From NCBI GenBank assembly GCA_016195685.1, contig JACPZE010000026.1, positions 1-60,063 on the forward strand: DNA of 60,063 nt, read 5' to 3'. The translations under genes and the position numbers were made by a program. The notes below the pieces were generated by a model that had not been told where the DNA came from, did no database searches, and saw only the letters and a list, made by a program, of their open reading frames with translations. This stretch comes from Candidatus Gottesmanbacteria bacterium (GTDB lineage Bacteria; Patescibacteriota; Microgenomatia; 2-02-FULL-39-11). How positions within the stretch are numbered: the stretch's first letter is position 1; every line of letters begins with the position of its first letter. Below are positions 19,584-29,643 of the stretch, in pieces.

Positions 19584-20633
19584 ATGTACTCTCCAAAATT
19601 TTCAATTACGAATAAAATCCTAAAAAATATTGGCCTGATTGAGGCCTCCCGGGAAGTGATTATGAATGCCCCGCTTGTGCCTGCTTATGAAAAGAAGTTT
19701 CGGGAGGAAGCAATTGTAAGGACAGTCCATCATGGTACTCATATCGAAGGAAATGAATTAAATATTACGGAAGCCTCAGCTGTACTAAAAGGTGAACAAA
19801 TCGTCGGCCGTGATCGGGATATACAAGAGGTCATAAATTATAGAAATGTCATAAATTTTTTGGATTTTGTGGCGACAGGGGAGGTGTCACAGGGGAAAAT
19901 TACTGAAGCAGTGGTGAAGAAGATTCACGCTCTGACGGTCGATAAATTATTACCTGATGAACAATGCGGTGAGTATCGCAAGACGCAGGTTGTAGTAAAA
20001 AATTCAATCACAGGTGAAATTACTTTTCGTCCTCCGCCGGCTATTGAAGTACCTTATCAGGTGTCGGACTTTTTAGAGTGGATAAATAGCCTCAAAAAGG
20101 ATGAGATGCATCCAGTCCTTGCAGCCGGTATCACTCATTATGAACTTGTCAAAATCCATCCTTTTGTCGATGGAAACGGTAGGATGGCTCGTGCCACGGC
20201 TACTTTGGTTCTATTTTTGGAGAATTATGATATAAAAAAGTTTTTTTCTCTTGAGGAGTATTACGATAAAGATGCTTCTCGTTACTACGAAGCGCTCAAA
20301 TCAGCTTCCGGTGGTGATTTGAGTCACTGGACGGAATATTTTACCGAAGGCTTAGCAATTGAAATTACACGTGTAAAAGAAAAGGTATTGCGTCTTTCTA
20401 CAGATGTACATCTGAAAGAAAAGCTGGGTGGAAAGCAGGTATTTTTAACCGAGAGGCAGATTGCGATAATGGAATATATCCAAAGAGTGGGATATCTGAA
20501 TAATGAAGGTTTTACAGATCTTTTCCCTAAAATATCAGAGGATACAGTGCTTCGTGATCTTCATGATCTTTTGCAAAAAGGAATTATCAAAAAAGAGGGA
20601 AGGACAAAGGCAGCTAGGTATAGGTTAAGGTAA
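19584..20633 (+). CDS. Fic-domain protein with C-terminal winged HTH
   Basis: Fic motif HPFVDGNGRMAR; N-terminal GTHIEGN resembles the inhibitory helix motif; C-terminal SEDTVLRDLHDL. Confidence 0.92.
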   Translation: MYSPKFSITNKILKNIGLIEASREVIMNAPLVPAYEKKFREEAIVRTVHHGTHIEGNELNITEASAVLKGEQIVGRDRDIQEVINYRNVINFLDFVATGEVSQGKITEAVVKKIHALTVDKLLPDEQCGEYRKTQVVVKNSITGEITFRPPPAIEVPYQVSDFLEWINSLKKDEMHPVLAAGITHYELVKIHPFVDGNGRMARATATLVLFLENYDIKKFFSLEEYYDKDASRYYEALKSASGGDLSHWTEYFTEGLAIEITRVKEKVLRLSTDVHLKEKLGGKQVFLTERQIAIMEYIQRVGYLNNEGFTDLFPKISEDTVLRDLHDLLQKGIIKKEGRTKAARYRLR

Positions 20634-20634
20634 T

Positions 20635-22407
20635 ATGATTTTTAAACGACTTTCTGAATATTTAGGGAAACTTGAAGAAACCACTCTTCGCAACAAAATC
20701 ACACAGATTCTAGCGGAACTTTTCCATGAATCCACCCCGGATGAGATAGGAAAACTTTGCTATCTGTTGCAAGGGAGGGTAGCGCCACTTTTTACCGCAA
20801 TAGAATTCGGCATGGCTGACAAAATGATGATAAAAGCGATAACGTATGGAATGGGAGTTGAAGATGGAAGGGTATTAAAAGTATTTCAGGAGGAAGGAGA
20901 TTTGGGGAAAGCGGTGGAAAAAATCAAAAACCAAAAATCAACAACCAAAAATACATATAAAAAATTAAATATTAATAAAGTCTATGAAATTTTATATCAA
21001 GTTGCTACATCAGGTGGATCTGGTTCCCAGGATAAAAAAATTACTCTTCTTGGTAATTTATTACACGATGTAGATGCTCTCTCTGCACGATACATAGTTC
21101 GGATTACTCTAGCCAAACTGCGTATGGGATTTTCTGACATGACAATACTGGATAGTCTTTCCTGGATGATTAAAGGCTCCAAACAATTAAGACCGGAGAT
21201 AGAGAGAGCTTATAACGTCCGCCCTGATTTGGGTTTTATAAGTGAAACCGTGCAGAAACATGGTATCGAAGGGCTAAAATCTACAGAACCTAAAGTAGGT
21301 ATCCCCATACTTATGGCAAGAGCTGAGAGGATGGCAAACAGCGAAGATATAATATTAAAAATTGGCAAATGTGCTATCGAACCCAAATACGACGGGTTTC
21401 GTCTGCAAATCCATTACGACGGAAAAGATGTCAAATTATTTTCCCGAAATTTGGAAAATGTTACAAATATGTATCCGGATATAATTAAAGGCATAAAAAA
21501 ACAAATTCACAAGCCGGCAGTTATTGAGGGAGAGGCGATAGGAATAAATTTAAAAACAGGTGAATATCTGCCTTTTCAAGAAACAGTTCAGAGAAAGAGG
21601 AAATATGACGTTGAACTAAAAGCCAAAGAAATCCCTCTTCATCTTTTTGCTTTTGATTGTTTGATTGTAGGTAGAGAAAATTTGTTGGTTAAATCTTACG
21701 TTGAAAGAAGAAATTATTTGGAAAAGTTGATAGGTAAAGGAGAGACAGTGTATATAGCCCAGTTGGAAGTTGTTTCTAACCCAATTAGACTTGAGGAATT
21801 ATTTCAGGATGCGGTTACAAGAGGGATTGAAGGTGTGATGGCAAAAAAGCTCGAAGGAATTTATCGTGCTGGAGCAAGGGATTTTAACTGGATAAAATAC
21901 AAAAGAAGTTATTCCGGTAAACTTGCCGATACTATAGATGCAGTAGTGATGGGTTATGACTTGGGGCAGGGGAAAAGGTCCGGATTTGGGATAGGAGATT
22001 TTCTGATTGGAGTATATGATGAAAAACAGGATAAATTTGGTACTGTCACAAAAATTGGTACGGGTCTCACAGATGAGGAGTGGAGGGAAATAAAAATAAG
22101 AAGTGACAAATTAAAAGTCAAAACCCAGCCCAAAAATTATGAAGTGGATAAAATCATGAGTTGTGACATCTGGATTACACCTCAGATTGTGGTAGAGATA
22201 AGAGCTGATGAGATTACCCGTTCGCCTGTACATACAGCAGGAAGAGTTATGGGCCCGTCTGAATCTGGAAATTCCAAAGAGGTAAAAGTCGCAGGTTTTG
22301 CTCTGAGATTTCCCCGTCTTGAAAAGTTTCGAGACGACAAAAAGCCACAAGATGCAACAACCCTATCTGAAGTTGAAAAGATGTATAAACTGCAAGAGAA
22401 GAAATGA
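20635..22407 (+). CDS. ATP-dependent DNA ligase (archaeal-type)
   Basis: N-terminal DNA-binding domain, KYDGFR, EGE, FAFD, EGVMAK, WIKYK, LRFPR. Confidence 0.93.
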   Translation: MIFKRLSEYLGKLEETTLRNKITQILAELFHESTPDEIGKLCYLLQGRVAPLFTAIEFGMADKMMIKAITYGMGVEDGRVLKVFQEEGDLGKAVEKIKNQKSTTKNTYKKLNINKVYEILYQVATSGGSGSQDKKITLLGNLLHDVDALSARYIVRITLAKLRMGFSDMTILDSLSWMIKGSKQLRPEIERAYNVRPDLGFISETVQKHGIEGLKSTEPKVGIPILMARAERMANSEDIILKIGKCAIEPKYDGFRLQIHYDGKDVKLFSRNLENVTNMYPDIIKGIKKQIHKPAVIEGEAIGINLKTGEYLPFQETVQRKRKYDVELKAKEIPLHLFAFDCLIVGRENLLVKSYVERRNYLEKLIGKGETVYIAQLEVVSNPIRLEELFQDAVTRGIEGVMAKKLEGIYRAGARDFNWIKYKRSYSGKLADTIDAVVMGYDLGQGKRSGFGIGDFLIGVYDEKQDKFGTVTKIGTGLTDEEWREIKIRSDKLKVKTQPKNYEVDKIMSCDIWITPQIVVEIRADEITRSPVHTAGRVMGPSESGNSKEVKVAGFALRFPRLEKFRDDKKPQDATTLSEVEKMYKLQEKK

Positions 22408-23108
22408 AAATTTCAGTTGTCATTCCAGCTTATAACGAAGAGAAATATATTGCGAAAACCCTTGAATCGGTTAAAAATGCTGATAGGGATGATAATCCAG
22501 TGGAAATACTAGTTATAGATGGAGGGTCGGGAGATAAAACTGCAGAAATAGCCAAAAAATTTGGCGCCAAGGTAGTAGTAATTCCTCACCGTGGGATAGG
22601 TTTTGCTCGTCAGAAAGGTATAGAAAATGCATCAGGAGAAATAATCATCTATACCGATGCAGACTCAATAGTCCCATATGATTGGATGAAAGTACACGTT
22701 GATGCTTTATTAAAATCTGATGTCGTATTATCCTACGGGCCATTCAAAGTAAAAGACGGTAGTTTTGCCTATAAATTGTTCATCAATTATTTACAATATT
22801 ACGGATGGTTTATAACACATTATATTTTCAATACGATACTCTCTGTAGGTCAAAATACAGCTTTTTGGAGGGAAAAGGCACTGTTCGTAGGAGGATATGA
22901 CACTAAATTAGGAATAATGGAAGATATAGACTTTTCCCAAAGGTTGTCTAAGCAAGGTAAGGCGATATATCATCCAAACCTTATAGTTTACGCTTCAGGC
23001 AGAAGATCCAAAGAGGGATGGAGATTTTTTACCCGTACCGCATTGATCTCAATAAAATATTTTTTATTTGGCGATAAAAATTTGGGGGGTTTTCCCGATT
23101 TCCGCTGA
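22404..23108 (+). CDS. GT2 glycosyltransferase
   Basis: ISVVIPAYNEE, DGGSGD, TDAD, EDIDF. Confidence 0.9.
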   Translation: MKISVVIPAYNEEKYIAKTLESVKNADRDDNPVEILVIDGGSGDKTAEIAKKFGAKVVVIPHRGIGFARQKGIENASGEIIIYTDADSIVPYDWMKVHVDALLKSDVVLSYGPFKVKDGSFAYKLFINYLQYYGWFITHYIFNTILSVGQNTAFWREKALFVGGYDTKLGIMEDIDFSQRLSKQGKAIYHPNLIVYASGRRSKEGWRFFTRTALISIKYFLFGDKNLGGFPDFR

Positions 23109-23153
23109 ATTTTCTATATTCTCTTCCCTGTGATATGATTTAAACCAAATTTA

Positions 23154-24416
23154 ATGGCAAAAGTACTATTTTTCCCAGCTGGTGTAGGTCTTGCGCATGT
23201 TGGTAGAACTATTGAAGTGGCACATGCTTTACAAAAAGAAAACATTGATATCATATTTGGAGCAGGATGTGATGCTCCGGCTATTTTAGAAAAAGAAAAA
23301 TTACCGTATGAGATTATTCCGGAATTTGATCGTTCTACTTATGATAACAAAATTAAGCAGAATAATTGGTCAATCTATACCATCCGACTAATCAATAAAT
23401 TTGTTAAAAAAGAAGTGGAATTAGTTCGAAGTTATAAACCGGACTTGATTGTCAATGATGTAAGACTGACAGCAAAAATTACCTCAATTCTTACAGGTAT
23501 TCCTCTGGTATCCATAACCAATGTAGATGCATCAAAGTACTATGATTACTCCAAAATCAGAATGCCTTACAAAACTTATTTAGGTAAATTTTTACCGCCA
23601 AGAGTCCTATCATTTTTTGAGAAAGAAAAAGGTCAAAAAGTTTTAAGGAAAGTAAGTTTCAAGTTTTTGCAAACATTATTTTTACGTGAGCTTTTTAAAT
23701 TCAATATAATTCTTGGCAGGTATGGGAGAAGGCCATTTATTGATCCATTTGATCTTTTGACGGGGGATCTGACAATTCTCACTGATATACCACAATTTAG
23801 GCCTATTAGAAAGCTTCCTGAAAGCTTTAAACTAGTGGGCCCAATTTTTTGGAAAGGCGTCAAAAAATTACCCAAGTGGAGTACCGAAATCGATTCTAAA
23901 AAGAAAATTATCTACGTGACGGCTTCCGGTACGGGAGATAAAGATTTATTTATAAATATTTTAAAATATCTCAAAGATACTTCTTATACGGTTATCGCAA
24001 CATGTGGTAATACTTTGTCACAAAAAGAAGTAAAAATAAAAAATCCAAGACTGTTTTTGACAGATTATTTGCCGGGAGAGTGGATCATGAAACGAGCGGA
24101 TTTAGTAATATTTCCAGGCGGAAATGCTACAGCCTATCAGGCTCTTAGTTTTGGAGTACCACAAATAGGTACCCCCCTTCATCTGGATCAGGAGGACAAT
24201 ATGAATCAGTTAGTTCGGCTCGAAACTGGCATTATGTTAAATCCGAGAAAAGATTTTAATCGCAAAGTTCTTATAAATTCCGTAGAACATATTATGAGAA
24301 ATAAATCTTACAGAGATAATGCATTAAAGATAAGTAGGGAAATGAAGAAATATCATGGAGCAAAACAGGCGGCAAAAGAAATAATAAATTTTCTAAGGAT
24401 TCGTTCGTCCCGCTAA
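23154..24416 (+). CDS. GT-B glycosyltransferase (GT1/GT28-like)
   Basis: GVGLAHVGR, FPGGNATAYQALSFGVP, HLDQ. Confidence 0.8.
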   Translation: MAKVLFFPAGVGLAHVGRTIEVAHALQKENIDIIFGAGCDAPAILEKEKLPYEIIPEFDRSTYDNKIKQNNWSIYTIRLINKFVKKEVELVRSYKPDLIVNDVRLTAKITSILTGIPLVSITNVDASKYYDYSKIRMPYKTYLGKFLPPRVLSFFEKEKGQKVLRKVSFKFLQTLFLRELFKFNIILGRYGRRPFIDPFDLLTGDLTILTDIPQFRPIRKLPESFKLVGPIFWKGVKKLPKWSTEIDSKKKIIYVTASGTGDKDLFINILKYLKDTSYTVIATCGNTLSQKEVKIKNPRLFLTDYLPGEWIMKRADLVIFPGGNATAYQALSFGVPQIGTPLHLDQEDNMNQLVRLETGIMLNPRKDFNRKVLINSVEHIMRNKSYRDNALKISREMKKYHGAKQAAKEIINFLRIRSSR

Positions 24417-24478
24417 GCGGGACGACTACGGCCCTTTGTGCCACGCCGATATATTCAAACGATTATCGGATGCGGCCT
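24393..24478 (+). repeat. two-hairpin dispersed element (family E), copy 1
   Basis: Aligns along its length with the reverse complement of 51855-51939; supplies the last codons and stop of the GT-B gene. Confidence 0.8.
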
Positions 24479-24544
24479 AAGCAGTAAAAATATACATTAA
24501 TTCAGTACTGTTTATGGTAAAATAATTAAGTTTTTTCAAATTAC

Positions 24545-25354
24545 ATGAAGCCGTTTTTTTCAATAATAATTCCTACCCTTAATGAAGGAAAATATTTACC
24601 TACGATTCTTCAATCTCTAGCTAAACAGACGTTCAAGAATTTTGAACTTATCTTGGTAGACGGATACTCCAAAGACAAGACACTGGAAGTATTTAACAGT
24701 TTCAAGAATCGATTGCCTTTTTCAGTTTCTATTTTAAGTGACAAAACCAATGTGGGACTTCAGAGAAATATCGGTGCAGATAAGGCGAGGGGAAGTTATC
24801 TAATCTTCTTTGATGCAGATGTAGAGATAGGCCCTACATTTCTTGAAGAAATACATGTGCAAGCGATAAAAAAACCATTTCTGCTGGCTACGACCTGGAT
24901 GACTGCGGACAGTAAAAACCCTGTTGATCAGTTGATGGTGAAATTAGCTAACTTCGGATGGGAGATAGCAAAAAGCGTGAACCAACCATTTTTGGGTGGA
25001 TTTAACGTAATCATAAAAACTGAAACTTTTAAGATTTTAAAAGGTTTTCGTGAGGATTTAACTATCGGTGAAGATCGTGATTTAGCTAAACGCGCTCTTG
25101 CGAATAATATTGAATTGGCGATTTTAACTGAACCGAAATTAGTAGTTTCTCTTCGCCGATTTCGCTCAGAAGGAACATTAGAGGTATTACGCAAATATAC
25201 AAAAGCAGAAGTTTATGCATTTATAAATGGGCCTATCACAACTCAACTGTTTGATTACCCCATGGGTGGGCATGTACATAACAAAAAAAGAAAAAATAGT
25301 AGTTTTAAATCTTTGAAAAAAATTATAAAAAAATTCAATAAACTATTATCATAA
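24545..25354 (+). CDS. GT2 glycosyltransferase
   Basis: FSIIIPTLNE, DGYSKD, FFDAD, GEDRDL. Confidence 0.9.
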   Translation: MKPFFSIIIPTLNEGKYLPTILQSLAKQTFKNFELILVDGYSKDKTLEVFNSFKNRLPFSVSILSDKTNVGLQRNIGADKARGSYLIFFDADVEIGPTFLEEIHVQAIKKPFLLATTWMTADSKNPVDQLMVKLANFGWEIAKSVNQPFLGGFNVIIKTETFKILKGFREDLTIGEDRDLAKRALANNIELAILTEPKLVVSLRRFRSEGTLEVLRKYTKAEVYAFINGPITTQLFDYPMGGHVHNKKRKNSSFKSLKKIIKKFNKLLS

Positions 25355-25357
25355 ACT

Positions 25358-26725
25358 ATGCAAGTAATAACTGATCTGCAAATCCATTCCAAATATTCCA
25401 GAGCGGTTTCTCCACAGATGACAATCCCCTTTATATGGCAGTGGGCCAAAAGAAAAGGAATAGGACTTATGGCTACCGGTGATTGGACTCATCCTTTGTG
25501 GAATAGGGAGATCAAGGCAAATTTGGAGGAAACAGGGAATGGACTACTTAAATTAAAAAACAATGAAACAATGAAACAATGGAACAATGGAGAGATGGGT
25601 CCGTTATTTCTCCTAGCGACAGAAATCTCAAGCATTTATTCCCAAGGTGGGAAGGGCAGGAGAATCCATACCCTTATCTGGGCGCCCACTCTTGATACTG
25701 CTGATAAAATCAACAAAGAGCTTATAAGACGCGGTGCCAATCTGTATTCCGACGGGCGTCCAATAATAGGACTTAGTAGTATCCAGGTGGCAGAGTTAGT
25801 TTTCTCAATTGACCCCAAATGTTTAATAATTCCTGCTCATGCCTGGACACCCTGGTTTTCTATGTATGGTAGCCAATCCGGATTTGACTCGATAGATGAA
25901 TGTTACGGCCAATTTGGAGAAAATATCTATGCAATTGAGACAGGATTATCGAGTGATCCTTCTATGAATTGGAGGATAAAAGAGTTGGATAATAGAAGTA
26001 TTGTTTCTTTTTCTGACGCACATTCTGGTCCAAAGCTGGGTAGGGAAGCAACAGTTTTTGAATTGCCAGAATTAAGTTATAAAAACATACGGGAAGCAAT
26101 CATGAAGCCTGGCATGGATAATTCACAAATTTCCCAGGGAGCAAAAATTGCATTTACGACAGAGTTTTATCCGGAGGAAGGTAAATATCATTACACAGGG
26201 CACAGAGATTGCGGAGTAAAACAAACGCCTGTTGAAACGAAACAAAAAGGCACAACCTGTCCAGTTTGCGGTAGAAAACTTACCGTTGGAGTGATGCATA
26301 GAGTAGAGGAATTATCAGGAAGAAGCGAGGAAGATTTAAAACTTAAAACTTCCGAAATAGCAGGAACAAAACTGAAAGGCATTGTTTCAGCTTTGTTTCC
26401 AAATAGACCCGCCTTTATCAAACTTGTTCCCTTACAAGAAATAATAGCCGAAGTATTTGGAAGCTTACCAACGACACAGAAGACTCAAGATGAGTATAAT
26501 AAGTTGGTTGATAATTTCGGCAGCGAATTTAAGATTTTACTGGAAACTTCTCTTGAGGATATAACTAAAATATCAGGACCCAAAATCGCAGATGCCCTTC
26601 ACAAGGTACGCATAGGGGATATATTTATCGACCCAGGATACGATGGAGTGTTTGGGAAAGTGAAAATTTGGAGTGAAGAAAAAAAAGAAGAGGATTCACA
26701 GAAAGAGCAGATGAGTTTATTTTAA
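25358..26725 (+). CDS. endonuclease Q-family PHP protein
   Basis: DLQIHSKYSRA, TGDWTHP, HAWTPW, SDAHS, zinc ribbon HRDCG..CPVCG; ends QMSLF. Confidence 0.85.
   Translation: MQVITDLQIHSKYSRAVSPQMTIPFIWQWAKRKGIGLMATGDWTHPLWNREIKANLEETGNGLLKLKNNETMKQWNNGEMGPLFLLATEISSIYSQGGKGRRIHTLIWAPTLDTADKINKELIRRGANLYSDGRPIIGLSSIQVAELVFSIDPKCLIIPAHAWTPWFSMYGSQSGFDSIDECYGQFGENIYAIETGLSSDPSMNWRIKELDNRSIVSFSDAHSGPKLGREATVFELPELSYKNIREAIMKPGMDNSQISQGAKIAFTTEFYPEEGKYHYTGHRDCGVKQTPVETKQKGTTCPVCGRKLTVGVMHRVEELSGRSEEDLKLKTSEIAGTKLKGIVSALFPNRPAFIKLVPLQEIIAEVFGSLPTTQKTQDEYNKLVDNFGSEFKILLETSLEDITKISGPKIADALHKVRIGDIFIDPGYDGVFGKVKIWSEEKKEEDSQKEQMSLF
25561..25592 (+). repeat. octamer tandem array inside the EndoQ CDS
   Basis: caatgaaa caatgaaa caatggaa caatggag; encodes NNETMKQWNNGE. 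Confidence 0.8.
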
Positions 26726-26744
26726 TCTATTTATAAATAACAGA

Positions 26745-26853
26745 ATATAAATTTTTCAGACTCTGCAGCTTCCTTCGTCGCTTTTGCTCCTCAGGACAAG
26801 CGCGTTTACCCTGAGTTTTACGAAGGGCTCAATTGCAAAGGTCTTCAAAATTT
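26745..26853. repeat. family B palindromic element carrying an inverted pair of family C REP-like units
   Basis: Left arm 26/26 and right arm 25/27 identical to 6545-6647; the cargo differs. Confidence 0.88.
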
Positions 26854-26894
26854 ATATTTCTTGTTAAAATGAGCGCGAATCATTCATAGATTTT

Positions 26895-27860
26895 ATGTTA
26901 ACGATTAAAGAAATAAAGTTAGAAGATCATCTCTCTTGGGATGATTTAATTAAAGAAAGCAGTACCGCAACTTTTTTCCAGACAAAAGAGTGGTTAACGC
27001 TTTGGGTTAAGCATTGGTGCAAAAGCGGTGAAGTAGTGATATATGGTGTATTTGATAAGTATGAGTTGATCGGTATCGCCCCTTTTCATATCAGCGATAA
27101 AATTAATATATTAGGAGTCCCTGATCCATCTCTTGGTGGTTCTTTAAGCGATTTTGGAGATATTATCGCTAAGATTTCTTATGAGAAAATTATATGGCAA
27201 TCAATTTTAGCTAAACTCAACACTCATCCGTCAGCTGGCGGATCAAAACTCAAAACTGAACTGAATTATATAAGAGAGGAATCGCCAAGTCTTAAGATAC
27301 TTAGGGAATTAGGAGGACAGATAGAAAATATGGAAGTATCTCCATTTATAGATCTGCCAAAAACGTGGGATGAATATATGTCTTCACTTACTCGGCATGA
27401 TAGGCATGAAATTAGAAGAAAAACAAGAAAAATAGAAGAGGAGAATATCACAAAAATCTGCGATGAAATTAATCCTCAAAATATCAATGACTTTTTCAGA
27501 CTTATGGTTTCCTCAAAGGAAAAGAAAAGTGATTTCTTATCTTCCAAGATGAGAGTTTTCTTAAGCGAAATGATAATACAACTGGAACAGAAAAAACTTT
27601 TGACCTTGTGTTTTTTAAAGTATGAAAACGTAAATATTGCAGCAATCCTTTTATTATTCCAAAAAGATGAAGTGTTATTGTATAATTCCGGTTTTGAGAA
27701 GAAATACTCCTATCTTTCACCTGGACTTATATTAAATATTTATGCTATAAAACAAGCAATTGAAGAGAGGAAAAGTAGATTTGATTTCTTACGCGGAGGA
27801 GAAAAATATAAATACGATTTGGGAGGCAAAAATAGGAAGCTATATAAAGTCACTTTTTGA
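26895..27860 (+). CDS. GNAT-family protein (BcsL/FemAB-like)
   Basis: ATFFQTKEWL..W, LYNSGF..KY..LSPG, FDFLRGGEKYK. Confidence 0.82.
   Translation: MLTIKEIKLEDHLSWDDLIKESSTATFFQTKEWLTLWVKHWCKSGEVVIYGVFDKYELIGIAPFHISDKINILGVPDPSLGGSLSDFGDIIAKISYEKIIWQSILAKLNTHPSAGGSKLKTELNYIREESPSLKILRELGGQIENMEVSPFIDLPKTWDEYMSSLTRHDRHEIRRKTRKIEEENITKICDEINPQNINDFFRLMVSSKEKKSDFLSSKMRVFLSEMIIQLEQKKLLTLCFLKYENVNIAAILLLFQKDEVLLYNSGFEKKYSYLSPGLILNIYAIKQAIEERKSRFDFLRGGEKYKYDLGGKNRKLYKVTF
27214..27260 (+). repeat. heptamer array interrupted by an atccgtcagctggcggat hairpin, inside the GNAT CDS
   Basis: aaactca acactca [hairpin 27226-27243] aaaactc aaaactg; encodes KLNTHPSAGGSKLKTE. Confidence 0.75.
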
Positions 27861-28606
27861 TTTTTATGGATAAAAAAATTCTTGCAGTGTTTGCCCATCC
27901 GGATGATGAAGCTTTTGGTCCCGGAGGAACTCTTGCTCGATATGCAGCAGAAGGTACAGAGATTCATATTCTGACTGCAACGCGTGGCGAGGCAGGTTTG
28001 TGGGATGAAAACTCAAAACTCAAATCTCAAAACTCAAATCTAAAAATACACAATATTAGAGAAAAAGAATTACTTAATTCCGCAAAAATATTAGGAATAA
28101 AGAAAGTAGAATTCTTGGATTTTGTCGATGGGACGCTTTCTAACTCTATCTATCACAAGCTAGCAGATAAAATTATTCAAAAAATAGATGATTTTAAACC
28201 TCAAGTGATACTTACAACAGAAAGGTTAGGGATTTCGGGTCATCTTGATCATATCGCTGTTTCTATGACTACGACATATGCATACCTTCATTCCAAATAT
28301 GCCGCTAACAAACTTTATTACGACTGTTTGACAAAAGACAGAAGGACGAAAGATCTGAATGATTATTTTGTCTATTTCCCCGAAGGATACGACAAAGAAG
28401 ATGTCACTACCGTCATAGATTTCACTCCTTACTGGGATAAAAAAGAAGCCGCTATGAAATGTCATCAAAGCCAATTCCATGACGTGAGAAGGATATTAAA
28501 AAGATGGGAAGGACGAGAAAGGACAGATCATTTCATACTTCAATTCCATAGAGGTATAAACGTGCAACTTCCAGAAACTGATCTTTTTGCTGGAATTACT
28601 CATTGA
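27857..28606 (+). CDS. PIG-L family deacetylase (MshB/BshB-like)
   Basis: AHPDDE, TRGEAG, GHLDH, HQSQ. Confidence 0.9.
   Translation: MIFMDKKILAVFAHPDDEAFGPGGTLARYAAEGTEIHILTATRGEAGLWDENSKLKSQNSNLKIHNIREKELLNSAKILGIKKVEFLDFVDGTLSNSIYHKLADKIIQKIDDFKPQVILTTERLGISGHLDHIAVSMTTTYAYLHSKYAANKLYYDCLTKDRRTKDLNDYFVYFPEGYDKEDVTTVIDFTPYWDKKEAAMKCHQSQFHDVRRILKRWEGRERTDHFILQFHRGINVQLPETDLFAGITH
28008..28042 (+). repeat. heptamer tandem array (aaa(a/t)ctc x5) inside the PIG-L CDS
   Basis: aaaactc aaaactc aaatctc aaaactc aaatcta; encodes NSKLKSQNSNLK. Confidence 0.85.
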
Positions 28607-28657
28607 CTAAAAAAATCCAGGAGTGTTATTCTGAAATAAGAGAGTGGGTGATATTTT

Positions 28658-29005
28658 ATGGTAGATACAACAGGAAATAATGAAAAAATGATGGGAGCAG
28701 TTGCTTATCTTGTGGGTCCGCTGACCGGTATTTTACTGCTTGTGACAGAAAAGAAAAATGCTTTTGTAAGATTTCATGCTATGCAGTCTACTTTGGTTTC
28801 AGGAGGTTTCATACTGTTATATGTTGTGTTAGCAATTATACCAATCATAGGGTGGCTGATACTTACTATACTTTCGTTTATTATGCCTTTGTTATCATTT
28901 ATACTCTGGATAGTTCTCATGTGGAAGGCATATAGTGGTGAAAAATATAAACTACCTTATTTTGGTGATTTAGCTGAAAAACAACTGGAGAAATTGGGAA
29001 AATAA
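28658..29005 (+). CDS. DUF4870-like membrane protein
   Basis: AVAYL, FVRFHAMQS, KAYSGEKYKLP; three TM helices. Confidence 0.8.
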   Translation: MVDTTGNNEKMMGAVAYLVGPLTGILLLVTEKKNAFVRFHAMQSTLVSGGFILLYVVLAIIPIIGWLILTILSFIMPLLSFILWIVLMWKAYSGEKYKLPYFGDLAEKQLEKLGK

Positions 29006-29643
29006 TGTTTCAAAACAGAGAAGAAGCAGGGAAATTATTAGCGGCTGAACTTTCCAAGTATAAAAATAATCAAGATGCGGTTGTGTTGGCTATTCCCAGA
29101 GGTGGAGTAGTAGTTGGTAGACAAATAGCAGATAAATTATCTCTTCCTTTAATACTTGCTGTTGTAAAGAAAATAGGAGCCCCAGGAAATCCTGAATTAG
29201 CAATTGGCGCCTTAGCTCCATCTAATACAAAATTTATAGATTGGGATTTAGTATTTCGCAGCAATGTTGGACAAGACTATTTGGATGCAGAATTGGATGC
29301 AAAAAGAAATGAGATAGAAGAAAGGGTGCAAAAGTTCAAAATCCGCAATCTTAAATCCGTCATCCGAAACAAAAAAATCATAATATTAACAGATGATGGA
29401 ATTGCCACCGGTGCAACTACTCGAGCAGCAATTAATTACATAAAAATAATAACCAAAAACCAAGAAACAATAGCCAAAATCATATTAGCCATTCCGGTAA
29501 TTGCCAAAGAAACATATGATAAAATAAAAAAAGAAGTGAACAAAATCTTTGCTTTAGAAATCCCTCAATCATTTAATGCAGTAGGGCAGTTTTACAAGGA
29601 ATTTCCACAGGTCTCTGATGAGGAGGTAATGGAACTTTTATGA
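29005..29643 (+). CDS. type I phosphoribosyltransferase-family protein
   Basis: FQNREEAG, LAIPRGGV, DDGIATGAT, AVGQFY..F.QVSDEEV. Confidence 0.88.
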   Translation: MFQNREEAGKLLAAELSKYKNNQDAVVLAIPRGGVVVGRQIADKLSLPLILAVVKKIGAPGNPELAIGALAPSNTKFIDWDLVFRSNVGQDYLDAELDAKRNEIEERVQKFKIRNLKSVIRNKKIIILTDDGIATGATTRAAINYIKIITKNQETIAKIILAIPVIAKETYDKIKKEVNKIFALEIPQSFNAVGQFYKEFPQVSDEEVMELL

